Shown: positions 36,835-53,059 of the stretch, in pieces
Numbering within the stretch: position 1 is the first letter of the stretch
Layout of the letters: each line of letters opens with the position of its first letter
Assembly: GCA_030141605.1 (NCBI GenBank)
Contig: JAQGDQ010001004.1
Coordinates: 1 to 64,000, forward strand
Direction of reading: 5' to 3'
Source: Tubiluchus corallicola
Taxonomy: Eukaryota > Animalia > Priapulida
Length of the DNA stretch: 64,000 nucleotides
The notes under the pieces: generated by a model
Told to the model about the DNA's origin: nothing
Databases searched by the model: none
The model's input: the letters and a program-made list of their open reading frames with translations, nothing else
Translations under genes and position numbers: made by a program

Positions 36835-39800
36835 AGCCAGTGATTACTGAAAAAATAAGCTCTACGACGACTTACGAAACCCATCCCAGAAAATTCTTTG
36901 GTTATTGTGGGATGAGACCAAGTAAATTTCATATTGCTGCGTCAAGTGCAGAAAAAATACTACCTCAGAAAAACAACCCGTATTTTTGGGCTTCTCTTAC
37001 TGCTTAATGTAATGGCCCTTTATGGGCATGTTTTACAACATAATCTATGCAAAATTGAAGTACACTCAGATATCAGCTGTAATATACTAGCAAACATTAC
37101 CTTGGGAACAAAAACTGCAAAAAAAGTGAATAAATGAGAGCACCTGTGCAGTTAAAAGACTCGAAATCCAAGTACAAACGTTGCTTAGTCGTCTTAGTTC
37201 ATATGAAGAGGTTAAATTATATTTAGTCGTCCGAATGTTTTAGCATGTCGTATCCTGGAGAGGGCGTGAAGTCGGTGAAGCATCTTTCGAAGGTAAGTAC
37301 ACTGAAGTTGATTATTTTACAAAATCCAGTGAAATATCGTTACCGAACGTCACTCGTAGAACTTTTGTGAAAAAACGATAGTTAGGCTGTTATTTACTTT
37401 AAATACTTAGTTGTAAAATTTTTGTACTTAAATACTTATAGTAAACTGTTCTTTAGCTTAGTAAACTTACTTTGTTTTAAGATAATTTACTTGCCACAAA
37501 CTTGAGGGGCACCGCATTTGCAGATCATTCTGTTAATTCGTCTATCCATCTCTTCGTCCAAGGAATCACACAGCGAATGGTCCCACAGCTCATTCAATGT
37601 TAACGAACAGATAAGCGATCTATCGCCATAAATAAATTTATGATGATCTCCCGGGTGTTTTGAAACGATTTTGCGGGTTGCTTTGTGGCTGAGGTGTACT
37701 TTTTCAGATCCGCGCCCCACTTGTAATGCAAATATCGGAAAACATAATGCAATGAGTACAACTCATCATTTACACTATCAAAAAAACAAGCAAAAAATGC
37801 CTACAAAACGCTTGTTAAAGCAAAATCCACAACTGACATAAATAACTATGATAAAGAAAATAAGACTACGACGTTTATACAGGAAAGAGCCATCCTCTAG
37901 AAATCAACATGGTGTTTATTAAACGCGGATGATCGTTTTCACAGCAACTGTCATTATTTTTGGCTATGGAAAATGCAATTATGTATAAATAGTGATTTAT
38001 TCTCCTAACACTTATTACAGTGATAACATGTTTTTCCCACTATGTAGACTTTGCTTGTGTTACAATGCTTGCTGTAACTATGATCCTTGCCTGAATCTCA
38101 TATATAAGGTCCAATTTTTTACGTTTTCTTTATGAACCTCTTTCTAAGTTGTTTTCAAATGTATTCTGACAATTTATATTTTGCTCTTGATTTTGCCACG
38201 AGATTTTTTGCTTTGGTTTGTAATATAAAAAAATGTATTAATCCCTTGTTTTGGCTTGATTTCCAGCATTGACAGTGACAGTTGCTGATGAAACTATCGT
38301 CTGCGCTTAGTAAGCGCCATACCACGTTTATATTTTGATTGAATTGTATTGTGCAATTAGTTATACAAAGTTTTAAATAGCTAACTCTTATTAATCAGAC
38401 TTATATTACACTTTTATGGTCGTGTCAAATTTCTGTTCTTGCATGATTTCTGTTCTTACCAAGACTTTGTGTGTGCATTTTCAATATCGGCTGTAGATTT
38501 CATAAATTCTTGGCATTTTTGCATTCATGCTTTACTTGTGTGATTGTTGGAGCTCTGGCCTAATAGATGATTATTGACGTAATGAGCGTGTGTTCATCCA
38601 ACTCTACTGCTTCGCAGGACCAGGCAGCTGCTGCTTCAGGATTCCCGGACAGAAATGTTTATGAACTTTGGTCATAATTCCTACATATTCGTTTACCATT
38701 TATAACTTCATAAAACCGAATGTGTAACATTTTTACTGAACCGCTAAGACATACCTGCCATAAGTACTTTTTTCTGTCACCTGTTTTGACCTTTATTGCG
38801 CACCTCTGCTTATCAGATGAGGAATAATAGTGGAAAAACGTAAAAATATTAACCAGGTTTCTGGTATTAAAGAAACGTTTACTGCTGCTTTCGAGGAGAA
38901 GATTGTACATCTTTATTATACAGCTATAGTATACGAACGTTGCCAAGACTCAGGGTCCCACAGCCACAAATACATAAATCGACAGTCTTTCAATGTAAGA
39001 AGGATGTCTTAGCGTTTAGTACTCTCATTGCAAAACACTCTTTGCAAAACTGAAAAAACTGAAAAAAACTTGAAAGAAAGCTTTCGCCAGAAACGTAGCT
39101 AGACCTAAGCGAGGAAACGACCTAACGGCATGCGGAATAACGTCTCTTAACGGCTAAGGTATGTGATTTCTGGCAGACAGACAGACAAACAAATACAGAT
39201 GCTCTTGTTTTTGCATCCAATTGATTCAAAATCTAAAAAGTTTTTGTACATCAACCCATTACACAAAGTCTTAGACCTTACGTACGCATCAATACCAAAC
39301 AAAGTACAAACCAATGAAGGCTTTTTGCGAATATTATTCTTCCTAGAAAATTCAATAGCTTCTAAATTTTCAGCAGCTTGACAGTTAACAACAATTTCGC
39401 TTCATACAATGTTTTATCAACCAGGAACTACACATGTGGTCGTAACAGAAAATCTCTCCAGGCAAATAAAAGATTCTCTCGGTATTTTCTTCTGAAATTA
39501 ACCTTATGCAAACACGGCCTTTATGGATTTCTTCGCCAAACAGTTTAGGATGTCCGCTAGAAAACCTAACGGACGTTGCGAGATTTTCGCAGGCTGGCAA
39601 AACATAACGTGAAATCGATGCAGTAAAATGCGCATGTTACAAGAATAAAAGTCGTGAATGAAACACCATTTAAACGATATAACCTTGTGTAAAACGCGAG
39701 ATAAGGATAAATGTGTATAATACGTCGAATTTGTAAAATCCTTGAAGTTGAATAGGAACTAAACACCTTTGAAAGAAGATAGTAAAAATGTCACATTGAG

Positions 39801-42800
39801 CAGTTGTATAAATTTAGACCATAAGTTGAAATGCCTCGTGTTTGCATTGCTAGACTGCTGGACTCACAAAAAAGTAAAGCAACAGAGGGTACAATGTTCT
39901 AATACAATTTTAATAATCTGTTGTATGGCGAACAATGGGCGCCATGTTGTGCAGCAGAAAAATTGCATTCGATTGTGTGGCAAAACAGCTCAAGATTAAG
40001 TAAAACTTTATGCAAGTTAGCAGTCTCCCTTTGCGCAAGCGTGGCATTTAAATCTATGATTCTGACTAACTGATGGCCACGATAAATGACAGATAAATGT
40101 GTATGTATCATGTATGTGATTTATTGACCAACAAAATGATAATAACGTTACAAATTAAAGGGTAGATATAACAAGTTAGTCTACAGCAAGACTCATCATT
40201 CACCACTACATCAGTGGCGTCACTAAAATACAATTTGGGCGCATGTTTAAAACTTTTAGCAAAATAATTGGCTAGCATTACACACAAAAGAGCAAATTAG
40301 CATCTTATAGTTAATTATAGACATTTAGGGAAAACATAACACACATGAAACATTTATGTACACACTCGACGTGTTTATAAGTATCATTATAAAAAACTTA
40401 TGCAAATACTGGTCACTGCTTTTCAAATTTTAGTACAAACGCTCAGCAGCATACATCATTGTACTCCATCATGCTACAACAGTAATTTTTTAAAGGTCCG
40501 CGAACACCCTGGTAGACACTTGCTGTTAAAATTCACTACTCACCTCGTCCTTCTCATAACATTGTCTCATCAAGAACATTTGCCTCTTTTCATTTCTTGC
40601 ACTTTTGTATCATATTTTGTGTGTAACATAAAATTTTCTAGAGCCCCAAATCGTCCACCTCCTTTTACATCGTAGTACCACCTGATTCTTACGACAAAAA
40701 GTCCGCTGAAAGGGGGTGGTACTAGGTAGGGTACCTGCATTATATACGTTGACTGGGCCCAGCCCTTCAAAAGGGTTTTTGAAGTTGTCTTGGACTCAGT
40801 GATAGCACTCAGATATACTTGAACCTGGCAGTGTGGAATAAACTAGCTTAGTCAGTGTTAAAGAGCAAAGGACAACAGAAGTTCTGAAGAATGTCAATTG
40901 GGAGTAAGCTAACTTACTCTCCTTAGCATTAATATAATAATAATGGCTACAAGTTTCGGCGTGCAGAAGCTGCTGACAACGCTCTATACTGTACACTGGA
41001 ATGTTATTGCATTTTCGTTTAAAATCCTCTGGCTCCAGTGGTTAAAACACAAGAAAACACCCTTCATAAATAAAGCTTCAAAATTCGTTCTGAAATTTTA
41101 TATCATTTAAATGTTGTCTTATTGCATACAGGGTTTGGCAGTAACGCTATATAAAACTTTTCAATTTAAACGCCAGCGATGACCGTTGGTCATAGCCATT
41201 TTAATGGTAACTCGTTTGAAACAAATTTCATGTAGATAACATTGCGCAAAGTTTGAAAAAATAATCATCAGAACATTCATTGTGCGCTCGTTGCTAATTA
41301 AGCAAAAGTTTAAATAAATGTTGACTGTTGTGTTGTGCTAGTGAAGTACACTGTAAAAGTAGTTGTAGATTATTATGTAACTGTGTAGCAGAAACAGCGA
41401 AGATCTGAGTAGGATAAACTCCTGCTGCTCCATCTGCTGCTACTATTACATACAGCTTTGTTATCTTAATTACGCGATTTCATTATCATCCGCGGACAAT
41501 TAAAACGAAACTTAATTCATCGGCGCTTCTGAAATCATCTTCGAGCTTTGTGGAAACCGTTTCAACGTCAAGTCTTAATTAGAATAAAATCTCTGGAGAA
41601 GACAGCTATTGCCTGTTTGCATAATAGGTTCAATTTGAATACGTAAAAGCAATAGTAATTAAAACATTTTACTGCACTCGCTTGAGTGGTTTCGCTGAAC
41701 CCTTGAAATCTTCTTTCACGCTCCGCTATAACCGTGAAGTGTTATATTTCTAACAAGATTATCTCAGAATTGCTTAACCGCCGACAGGAAGATCTGCAGC
41801 AAAAACCATTAATGAACTCTTATCAGTTATGTCACGCGCATAAAACACAGTAAGTAGTTCGTGGCGAAAGAGTTAAGTTAAGTAGTTCTTCGTAATTGAT
41901 CGTCACCCTAGAGCGTTATTCGTTCAAATTGACGGGCGCATTAATAAGGGACTTCTGCCGTAAAGAGTTCTGACTAAAATATCTACAAACGGCAACGTTC
42001 GAGAAAAATTGTGAACAGCTGCGATAAATTGGGATGCTCAGTAAAGGAAGCTTTAAAATATTGACGTTTAATGGAGGTTGTAAGCACCCCTCTTATTCGA
42101 GTTGGATCTGACTGAGTGGTTCTCGATGTGCCCTCTGGGTGTGCAGTGAATCGTGTAATACAAATCTAAGTACAATTTCATGCTGCAAATCATTACTTCG
42201 TTAGCATTGTACGGAAGCTTCGCGCGCGCAGCATCTTCCTAGCGATGAAGGTGCAGCATCTCTCCAATGATCAACTAGCTGAGATCTTCATTACAGTTGG
42301 GTGGGTGTTGTCGTCCTCGCGCCTGTCACCAAATCAAAATGTCTGAAATGTACCAACAAAATAATACGCAATAAAGCAATTCCTTGATGTGAAATTAAAA
42401 ACTGCCTTCTTTTTGTTAGTAAATTGACAGTCGAATAGAAAGTCGCGTCATAATCTAGTAGTAGCAGTAGCAGTAGCAGTAGTAGTAGTAGGAGGAGGAG
42501 GAGTTTTTGTGGACGAATTTTTACAACATAATTCTTCCTGTGACGGTTGAGTTCTTTTAATGACAATTTGACTTGGTCCGTGTACCTTCTTATTAAATAA
42601 ACTTCAAAGATGGTTTGACTACACTCGTACATAATCAAAGCACTTGTTTGCAAAAAGGATGTTAAAAAAGCCAAGTCTTGTCCTGTGGCCACAGGTTCAA
42701 GTAAGGGAAATAAAATGACAACACGCATATAGCAGTTAGCAACTGATGGTGTTACGAAGGATTGCAAGAGATTTTTGCACAATTTTCTCCGCACTGCTCA

Positions 42801-43529
42801 TTATATTTGATGCTATTTGATTTTTAACCAATATATTTCCTCCTACTTCTCACACAGGAAGAAGAAATGCAAGAACGCAAGTGCAAGTTCGTGTTGCGTA
42901 ATTTTGTTTTGTGGTTCCTTAAGAAACAGCCAACCGCTGCAAAAGAAGCCTGCGAGAAATTTAGAAGCCAGAATTGGATTTCTGTACAGGATTGCGTACT
43001 TGATTGATAAGTGTATTTCTGCAGACAATGAGATTTATCATTGATGAAGAATGACTATATTCAGCATCCATTTTGTGCTCAATACTTTCCATAACTTCAC
43101 AGCATAGATGCAAACAACGATTAGAGAAAATCCGATTGTCTTTTACTTCGTTTTGGGTCTTTGATGAAACTGACTTGTTATCAAGAGTAAAAAATGTTGT
43201 AGTTAAGAAGAGGCTTTCTAAGCCTGGCTGGGAAAACAGTTTTCTTAATTAAATTTTTCGAAATTTTAATTCTGGAGTTTTGATTAAACACAAACATCAA
43301 CCCTCATCTCGACGGCGGGATTTGCCTCAAATGATGAGCGAATTAATTAAACATTAATAATTGCGAGAATGAAGGAAGGATAAGGCAAAATGAACGAAAG
43401 AACGAATGAGCTGTCAGACGGATAGATCATACTCTCTTCAGAGACTCGATGTCATCGCCTGAACTATATTGGGAGTTTCTACGAAAACTCCCTCCTGTTG
43501 CTCTAAACATCTATTGCAGGCATTGAGCC

Positions 43530-44340
43530 TCTATCATTTATTAGAGCAACCCACTGTTTTCTGTTTGTAAAATGTTCAACTCCTGTGGTGCTATTGTAAA
43601 GTTTGGTCTCAACTGTTGTAAATCTTTATTAATTCTTGATACCCAAGTTGTTTTTTTTTGGTTTGCATGGAGATCGTTTAGCAGGTTTCAGTGCCACGGT
43701 AATGCTAATCTTACTGTCCTGTGGTATCTCATTAAATGTCCTAGCCTTCTTGCTCTGATTTGAGTAAAGATTCTCGTTGCTTCTGTTATACAGCTGCTCA
43801 TTTGAAATGATATGGACATAACATTTTTAAGACTTTTCTGTGTAGACCTCTGTAGAACACATTTATTTCTGCTTTTCGAGTTGCAGTCAAACCCCAAATT
43901 TCACCGTTGTACATAAAGACACCAGTTACATACGCATTGAAAAGTCTCAGCCTTGTTATATTCTTGCTGGTAAGAATTGCTTTATTTTGGATAAAACTGT
44001 ACATTGGCCACTATTTCCTATTCTATTTTTGATATCATTTTCTGTGTTAAGTAGTGAGCCCATGTGGTTGCAACGTTTCCAAGAATGATCTCCATCCTGG
44101 AAATGTTATATTCTTCAGTTTTCGTATTGCTGACTTTAAGATTTCTTTTTCTAGTAATTCAGAGCAGTGTTTTTTAACAGTACTGTTGCGGAATTTTGAA
44201 ATACTAATCCTTCCAATGTCGTCGGCGTATTGTTGGTCTAATAATACTAGGCGTCATGATACTTCTAACTGAAATTCAACTACCACACAATATACCTACT
44301 GGTAATTATAGTAAATGCAATGGGCAGAAAGAATACATTT
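43530..44340 (-). mobile_element. Decayed LINE (RTE-like) RT and C-terminal fragment
   Basis: QQYADDIG at ~44235-44210, then RLRLFNAYVTGVFMYNGEIWGL, IRARRLGHLMR and KKTTWVSRINKDL across frameshifts. Confidence 0.75.
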
Positions 44341-45768
44341 TGACATTCATTGAATGTTAGCTGCGCTATCACACTACAAACAGTTATTCTGCAAACGTGC
44401 TTCGACTATAAGACGATACATCATATATACATTGTACACTGAGGGTTGACTGACAAGCCAATGAAAACGATGGTCTATAAATTAATTTAAATTGCAAATT
44501 ACAACAAGTACAACTGTTTCCAAAATTCCGTAAATTTTTGTACGGATTTAAAATGCATCCGAACTCAGTAAATTTGAGCGACTCCCGTCTCATAAGTCTG
44601 ATCTAATCGTAATCGACACATAAATTGAACTGCTGGCAGTACCTCGTCGACAAAGGTTAAAATTACCCAGATTGGTTCAGTACCAGCAGATGCGGAGGCC
44701 AAGCAGAGCATCCGCGAAACAATGGAATGATGTGTAGGAAAATCGATACCTTTATTTGCAAATTATGTGAAGTAGTTTCAAAAACAATGATGAAGCAGAG
44801 TTTACACTGTCGTGGTTAAGTTAACTGAACTAATAAAAGAAGCAGAGAAGGCCATTTTATATATTTGCAACTGAGAACACTCATTTTGCTGCAAATCTGA
44901 CTAAATTTATTATACAAAATCACACAATAACATTTCGAGAACTAACTAGTTCTTATCGTTAAATCTTTAATAAAAAAATCTAAAGAATTCTACGATTTCA
45001 AAAACAGATACATGGCAACTCCGCAAATTTTTTCTGAATTAGAATTGTTATGTTTACCTCTGTTTTTTAAATTATGGAATTCTTTAATTTTTTTGTGACG
45101 GACGTGATGATCAAAGAGTTCACTATAAAACCAGCCCAAAAACCTAGAAAATCTGCTTATACAGTTAATTATTTTGCCACCGAATAACGTACAGGGAAGC
45201 AACTTCTATTCTAATTTTGTTGTCCATAAAATGGCCGTATAAAACCACTTCATTATGGAAAAGATTGGTATAGCAGTTCTAAAAAACTTTGATTAGCTTG
45301 CCTAACAGTGATTTTATAGTACACTCTCAAAGTTTCTTTATTGTCGGTCATGAAATAAATTCTGTGTATGTACAAACAATACGCAAATTTGCCTTGATCA
45401 TTAAATTTCGTGACGAAGACGAAATGATGCATTGAGCACTGGCCTTCATTTCTGTGTAGTTCAAAGATGCGAATTAGCGTGCCATTTTCGATTTTTAAGG
45501 GAATTGCACTTCCAATGTTCACAAAAGACAATGGTGGAAACATTGCTGAATAAAACGGCTGAGTGGTCACTGTATGCTTAGCCAAGCAATAGCAAACCTG
45601 GTCAGCAAATTGACTGATGTCACACTGTCCCGGTTATTTATTTTGCTGAATCTAATAGCGAATATGAAAGTGACCAAGATACTTCTGCTTGTTCACTGCT
45701 CATCTTAGAAGATATTCACTGATAACTTCCTAGATTCCTGGATTCCTGTCCGCCCAAACGTCAATATA

Positions 45769-46702
<934 letters not shown>

Positions 46703-48484
46703 TTATAATTTTGTTATAAATTCGTCTTTTATAACAAATTAGCACTTTGCGTAATACTGTAGCTGCTGCAGCTAAATTAGAAGAGAGATGGCATTCGGTC
46801 TTACCAAGATGATTGATGTGATCCGAATCTCAGTGGACTTCAGAAATCCTAGTGAGGAATAATGCGATAAACTGTATTTAAACAATGTTCATTACTGATA
46901 ATGTTTCCTGTTCCTATACTTGCATTAAATAGCAGTGCCTGGAGACGTACAAAGTTATAACATAGTACAGGGAAGGATCAAAGTGGGCACTATGGTATTT
47001 ACGCATTTTCAACAGCTAATCAAACATTGGACATATATGAAGCTAACGAAGTAAAACATCGTATTCTAGTCTATTTGCTCAAGACTGACTAGAAGAGCAC
47101 AGACTGTTTGCTCAGAACAGAAATAGGACATATGGCATTGGTTAGAAGCCAATGGCATTTGTTGGTTTCCTATATTTACGTAACGCACAGAGAATCGAAT
47201 AGTTGATTCAATCTCGTAATATTAGCCAGGAACTCTAAATAAAGTACTGTAAGTCAAATGTTTTTTGCCCTTACCGTATTCTAATGTCAAGTCAATAATT
47301 CCCTTGATTTGTTTTAATTTATTAGTCACAAAACTGTAAGCCACTGTCATAAAACCTTCAGCAGGTTGTAAAAAGGCAATGCTACAACCGAAGAGTTTTG
47401 CAGGGAATTTAAGCTGTTTCAAAAACACCAGAAGTTAACTGATCAAAATAACCATCACAAACGGATTCCATGATGTTGAAAATTAGGCATATTATAATTA
47501 TTGTAGCAAAGCACAAAACGGCCACAGAAAACACGATTGCATAATACAAAAATCATGGATTCCAACCATGTTATATGTGGGCATTTTAATGATTATTTTT
47601 CTAGACAAACTAAGATACACTAGTCACACGTCTAAATAACAAATTTGCTCTGTTAGAACCCTGGTAGAACGCTTATAGCTCAGGTTAACTAGTTAAATGC
47701 TGTGAAGTATAAAGAAATAGAAAAGCAAGAAGAACAACTTGGTCAGGACAAAAGTGAAACCCAAACAGGCATTTCACAAAAAATATATGAAAACGACAAA
47801 ATTCCACAACATTCTTGACATTCAGTGAGACCGAAACGACGTTCGTTGACATCTACTTTAAAAGTCTTGTTGTCAAAGTGACTAAAAGATTTCTCCTGTT
47901 TCGATTTCTACAAAAATGTTCATATTTTATTGATAAATGGCTGCAACCAACAAGTAAAAATAGAATATATATTTGATCTAAACGACATTATGTGTCATAT
48001 GAGAAAATAGGGTATTAGAAAACATTTTCTCATATACACACCACGTATAATCTTAATCTACTACACTCCACTACACTTGGTTCTACCCACCGTGACCACA
48101 GCTTTGTTTGTAAATTTTAAAACACAAGCGCTTTTGTACAATATAATTTACAGCTTTTTGATGTATTATTTATTAATTTTGCAAAGAAAAGATCGCTCTA
48201 CAAAGAAGCCCTCTGACGCATTTCCTCAAATATTGATTAGCTATCCCTAGTCGGGCATTTGAATTACATTACGTGGAATGTGTGTGCATAATTGACGATT
48301 ACTAGGTAGGTTTTATAGTGGTGGAGAGGAACCTAGGTGGGATAGAGTCACCGGAAGTGTGGTGAAGGGTACTGTAATTATTGTTGCGAGGAAAGTAATC
48401 ACACCAAACGTCCAGATATTATTTCTCTTGTTTATTCAATAGTAAAAGCTTGTGGCAAGTCAAATGCCCAATAATTAAAAAAGC

Positions 48485-48780
48485 CTAGTTTTTTTCTGAG
48501 CAGAACGATGGTTTTACTCAAGAAAGCATAGGTTTTCCTCATGAGAATGTGACTTTGGTTTAGAAATTCACGGATTTTGTTCAGAAAACCACAATTTCGT
48601 TTACAAAACCCTACTTTCACTGCAGAAATTATAGGTTTCGCTTTTGAAAGCCATAATTTCGCTCAGAAATTTTGCGTTTCAATGAAAAAAACCGAGACTT
48701 TGGTCAGAAAGTTCGAGTTCGCTAGAAAACAAAGGCGTCTCCGCTCACAAATCTCAGATTTTACTAGACTTTGGCTCACC
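48485..48780. repeat. Highly degenerate ~21-bp tandem repeat (ttt.gctcagaaa core)
   Basis: Recurring ttt(t/c)g(c/t)tcagaaa-like words at ~21-bp spacing. Confidence 0.55.
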
Positions 48781-50973
48781 TATAGCCTACATTTATTTTA
48801 ATATTGTTAGTGAGTAAAAAGGCATTCGTGAATTGTAATTTGTTATCATTTCTGAATGCCCTACTCTCCAACTGTGTCATAATTGTTTGACTTATAACGT
48901 CTTACCTGTGACAACATTGTGATTTACTGATTTACCGCAAATTTCAACCATTTTTGTATAGTTTTGATACAGGCTGAAAATAAAGACGACTAGTTCGAAA
49001 GCATTTGATTAAAAGCTTCACCAAACTTTTGCATGTTTTTTAACTACTTCTATCTAGTTGGTATACATAGCGTTGATACAGGCAATTTCTCATCTATTTC
49101 TAAACAGCACAAAGCAAACATTACAGAATAAAGAACGCACAGAACGCTTTTCAGGTGGTGAGTTATTCGCTTAATAACAAGCCCCAACATTACTTAAAGT
49201 ACAAAAAACACCCTTCATAAACAAAGCTTAAAAATGTCGCCTTGTAATTTTATATCACTTACACGCTGTCTTATTGGATACAGAGCTTGCGTTAACAGTA
49301 ACGCTGATTAAAACTTGTAAATTTAAAACTTCCGCGATGACCATTTTAACGGCAAGTCCTTTGTGCCACAAATTTACAGAACATTGTGTAAAGTTAAAAA
49401 AATAATCACAGCATTCGTAGCACACTCTTCGTTAACTAAGCTTAATCTTGTCAGTAAGATTAATAATGTGTTTTTGGTGAACCAGTGGTGCACACTGGGA
49501 TGGTGTCGCAGTGTTGTTGTACCAGGTGGCGCGAATATTTTAAATTACTAAGAATTTTTTCCTGTTACATAAGTCTTTCCAACAGCTAAGCGTAATCCTA
49601 AGTAATATAACTTTGTATGGAAAGTTTTTTGAAAAATACTTTAAAATTCCATTTTCTTCCCCTTTAACTAAATTCGGTCGCCAAGCACACACGTTAATCA
49701 ATAACCATTCAGTCATGCCAATCGCATTCAAAAAAATTTAGATATTACAAAATAATGACATCTGTAATCAATTGAGCGTTGCGCAGATCTGATTCTACGC
49801 GCAGATGATTACGTTTCTGGAGTACTTTTCGTTAATAAATAATTTATAAATTCTGTTTACATAGGCCAATAACGGACATCCTACTGGTTATAATTATTTC
49901 ATAAGATCAATACCAGAATTAATGAAAGCTAAAACAACATATTGGGCAAGCCCTACAATCGGAAATTCGCTATTTATTTTCCTGCGTCACGCCCATTAAA
50001 TATGTAAAACGTGTAATTATACATGTATTCCTAAAATTGTTAACCGCAATAATAACTGTGTACACAAACAAAAGGGTGCGTGCGTGCGTGCGTGGATAAG
50101 GAGGTGCCTAACGGTGAATAAGGAGGTGCCTAACAGTGAGGAGTAAGAAAACAAAGCATTGACAACAAATAAGCAAATGATTTTATGAAACAGAATGATT
50201 TCATGCACAAGCCAGCGGCCATTTCTGATTCAACGTTCTATTTTTTGCCACTCATCAAAATAAATAAGCTTATTGTACGTCATGGTAAGTGATTTTTACG
50301 GCTGTAAATGTAAAACATTCACAGGAAGCTTAATTTGATGGGGTATATTAACTTAAGGTGGAGTAATTATTGTACTATATAGTGTAATTTGTTTGTTTGA
50401 TACGCTGTTACGCACCTAAAGATCTTACCTAGAATTCATATCTATGTGTGGGGAATTATGTCGATTTAAAGCCGATGTTATGTGCGCGAAGTATTATTTT
50501 ACTCTATAGGTATTATGTGTGTTGCTTGTAAAATTTGTGTTATACGAGGCTAACTTTTCAGAGTTTACTACTTCCAGTTTTGTACCACGAAACGCTATAC
50601 CATGCAACAGCAGGCATTTCAACGTCATCGGAAACCAAGTAGTCCATGAAAAATGCGCAAACACTGTATGCTGTGCTTCTCGAGATATTGCGGGCATTTC
50701 AGAAGACTCAGCACTATCACCAAACCATCCCTGAACCAATTCTTCATTGTGAACTATAGGAAATTTTCAATTTTTAATTTGTGGTCTATAGGCGTTTTTC
50801 AGTACTGCTGTACTCCCTACTTCTTCCTCCTTACAATACCCTTTTATTGTGTATTTTTGTATCCATTGTACTGGTTGTTTTAAACTAAATTTATTCTATT
50901 TTATTCTATACTGGGAGTTCAGTCTTTTCATAAGACTTACAGAATTGTGGTTTAGCTGAATTTAAATTCTTAC

Positions 50974-51796
50974 CTTCGAGTTGAAATTTTTCGGCAGCCG
51001 GCAAAAGCAAATGAGCCATTTCAGCCATCTTGTCTGTGTGATTCGTATAAATGTAGTTAATCATCTCGCGCACCGTTTCAGAATCAAAGTCTTTGACTTT
51101 CAAATGACTATGTCCCATTGGTACATCTGGAAGGTATTTGTGGTCGAATGTTTTTGCCAGTACCGGCGACTGAATGCACAGTACAGCTTTGTGAGCGTGA
51201 AATGTCTTCTCGCCCTTTTCACCTGCCGTAATGGTAACGTCGGTGTGGTTCTTGTCCACAAGGAGTTTTTCACCTAAAGTCTGTTGGACAGCCGACCCGT
51301 TTACAGCATTATTTGTTATGTACCATTTGCATGGCTGTGTTGGAGGACTGGGCGGTATGCTGTGTCGTCCAGACTGTTTAATGTCCAAGTTACAAAAGAA
51401 GAACAATGAACCGTCTGGAAGCAAGTGCTCCTTTACCGCCTCCAACGGCAAGAATTCTCTCCATCCCCAGTCGGTACCCCATTCATCGTGCGTCGCAGAC
51501 TTACTGTGGACGCACGCAAAATCCTGGTCACGAATTCCCAAAGAATAGATAACCTCAATATCCGGTTTTTGTGTGACGGGTCTGTTCTGGCCGTCGAAAA
51601 ACTTGATGAGTTTCAAATACACGGAAATGTATTCCTTTGCCGGGTTCTCCCTGGCGTACGATTTAAAATAAACGCGCCACTGAATTTTAACTATTTCATC
51701 TCTCGGATACGATGCGAAAAAATCCATAGCCAAATCGTCGACCGTTTTTTGAAAACGATGCAAGAAATCTGGCACCTGAAACGCATAATGCGCCAT
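50974..51796 (-). CDS. Divergent SPOP/TDPOZ-like MATH-BTB protein (Cullin-3 adaptor), first coding exon
   Basis: gccATGg at 51796 with an upstream in-frame stop; MATH motifs (EYISVYLKL, DWGWREF, LLPDGSLFFFC); BTB motifs (TDVTI, FHAHKAVL..SPV, VREMINYIYT, LLPAAEKFQLE). Phase-1 donor G|GTAAGA at 50973 where homology ends; the unspliced ORF stops at 50906. Confidence 0.9.
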
Positions 51797-53059
51797 GGCT
51801 TAAACTCTCCACTATAACAAACACTTTTCCAGTATCCGGTGGCTGCTTACCACTGCATGCCAAATAGGTTATTAGCCTTATAAGCAGGCAATCAAGTCGC
51901 TTCCATGCAGTCCCATGATTCACTCACAGGCTAAATATTGCTGGATTGGTTGATGCGCCCGATGACATCAGCGTTGCTGCTGTGTGTATATACTATCACT
52001 ACTTGATGAAGCAGCGAGCTATTGATTTCGAACAAGCTGGTTTCATCGAACGTTGCAACTTCCAATGTAAGAACGCCAGGCTTCTTCCAATGAAGTTGGT
52101 TATAGGGAAAAGAGACTGGGACAGTTGTCGTGACGCCTGTCATCTAACGTCATGATTTTTCTTTTTTTAATTGCATTTTCCCCTTACAAATAATTTTAAA
52201 TGATCCTTGATTCGTTTGTCTAATTTTACATTTACATTTCGCCTTATTTCAAATTCCCTGGTTTAGATGTATGTTTATACATTTGAACTTGAGATTTACT
52301 GTATACCTTGAGTCCATGCTGTTAAGACCTTGACAACTTGTTATTAGCCTGTACGCTTGTCTATAAAAGCTTGTATTAACTTGTATCTGGGAACATTTGT
52401 CTAGGTGAGAGACATAGGTTCCAGTGACAGGTGTTTTTTTCTCTTTATAGTATTACTCTTGTTTATTTGATCATATTATTGTTTGATGTGCATATTATTG
52501 CTCGAGTGATGAATTGTCTTTGCTTAGTAAACTCAGCTTTATTCACTACGTCGTTTTTCTAGTCACACTGTTAAATGGTTTGTTTGACTTTGCAGAGAAT
52601 GAAAAGTCTAACTTATTTTGAACACCTCCCTTAATCTTGTCAAAACTGCCATGAGAGATTATTTTGAGAGATTTTGTTTCGACTAATTTACAAAGCATGC
52701 CTTGAAAATTTAACTAAAACATTACAAAAGTGTTGCGTACATTATACCCATTTTTGTGTCGTGTCTGTATTCTGCATATTTTTTATCTGCACTTGCCTGC
52801 TCATACACTATTCATGTTTCTGTTGCAAAAACTAGCTACTCCGTAATCAAATACACAATGTTTGCATTATTACACGCAGAGCTGAGAAATTGCTGTCTAT
52901 GTGAAGCATTCCCTCCAGGACACGTTATTTTTATTTTATTTTATTTCAAATTCATTAAAATATGCATTAAAAAATAAACTATAAAACAATAAAAGCATGA
53001 AAGTGGACGTAAAGAGACAAGCTGCTTGCATACGCCTATCATACACAAGTCATTTATCA

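Noticed and set aside
45253-45585. 110-aa ORF containing GTLIRIF (WIPI/Atg18-like word)
   Set aside because: No surrounding WD40 pattern or L/FRRG motif; a short match may be chance.
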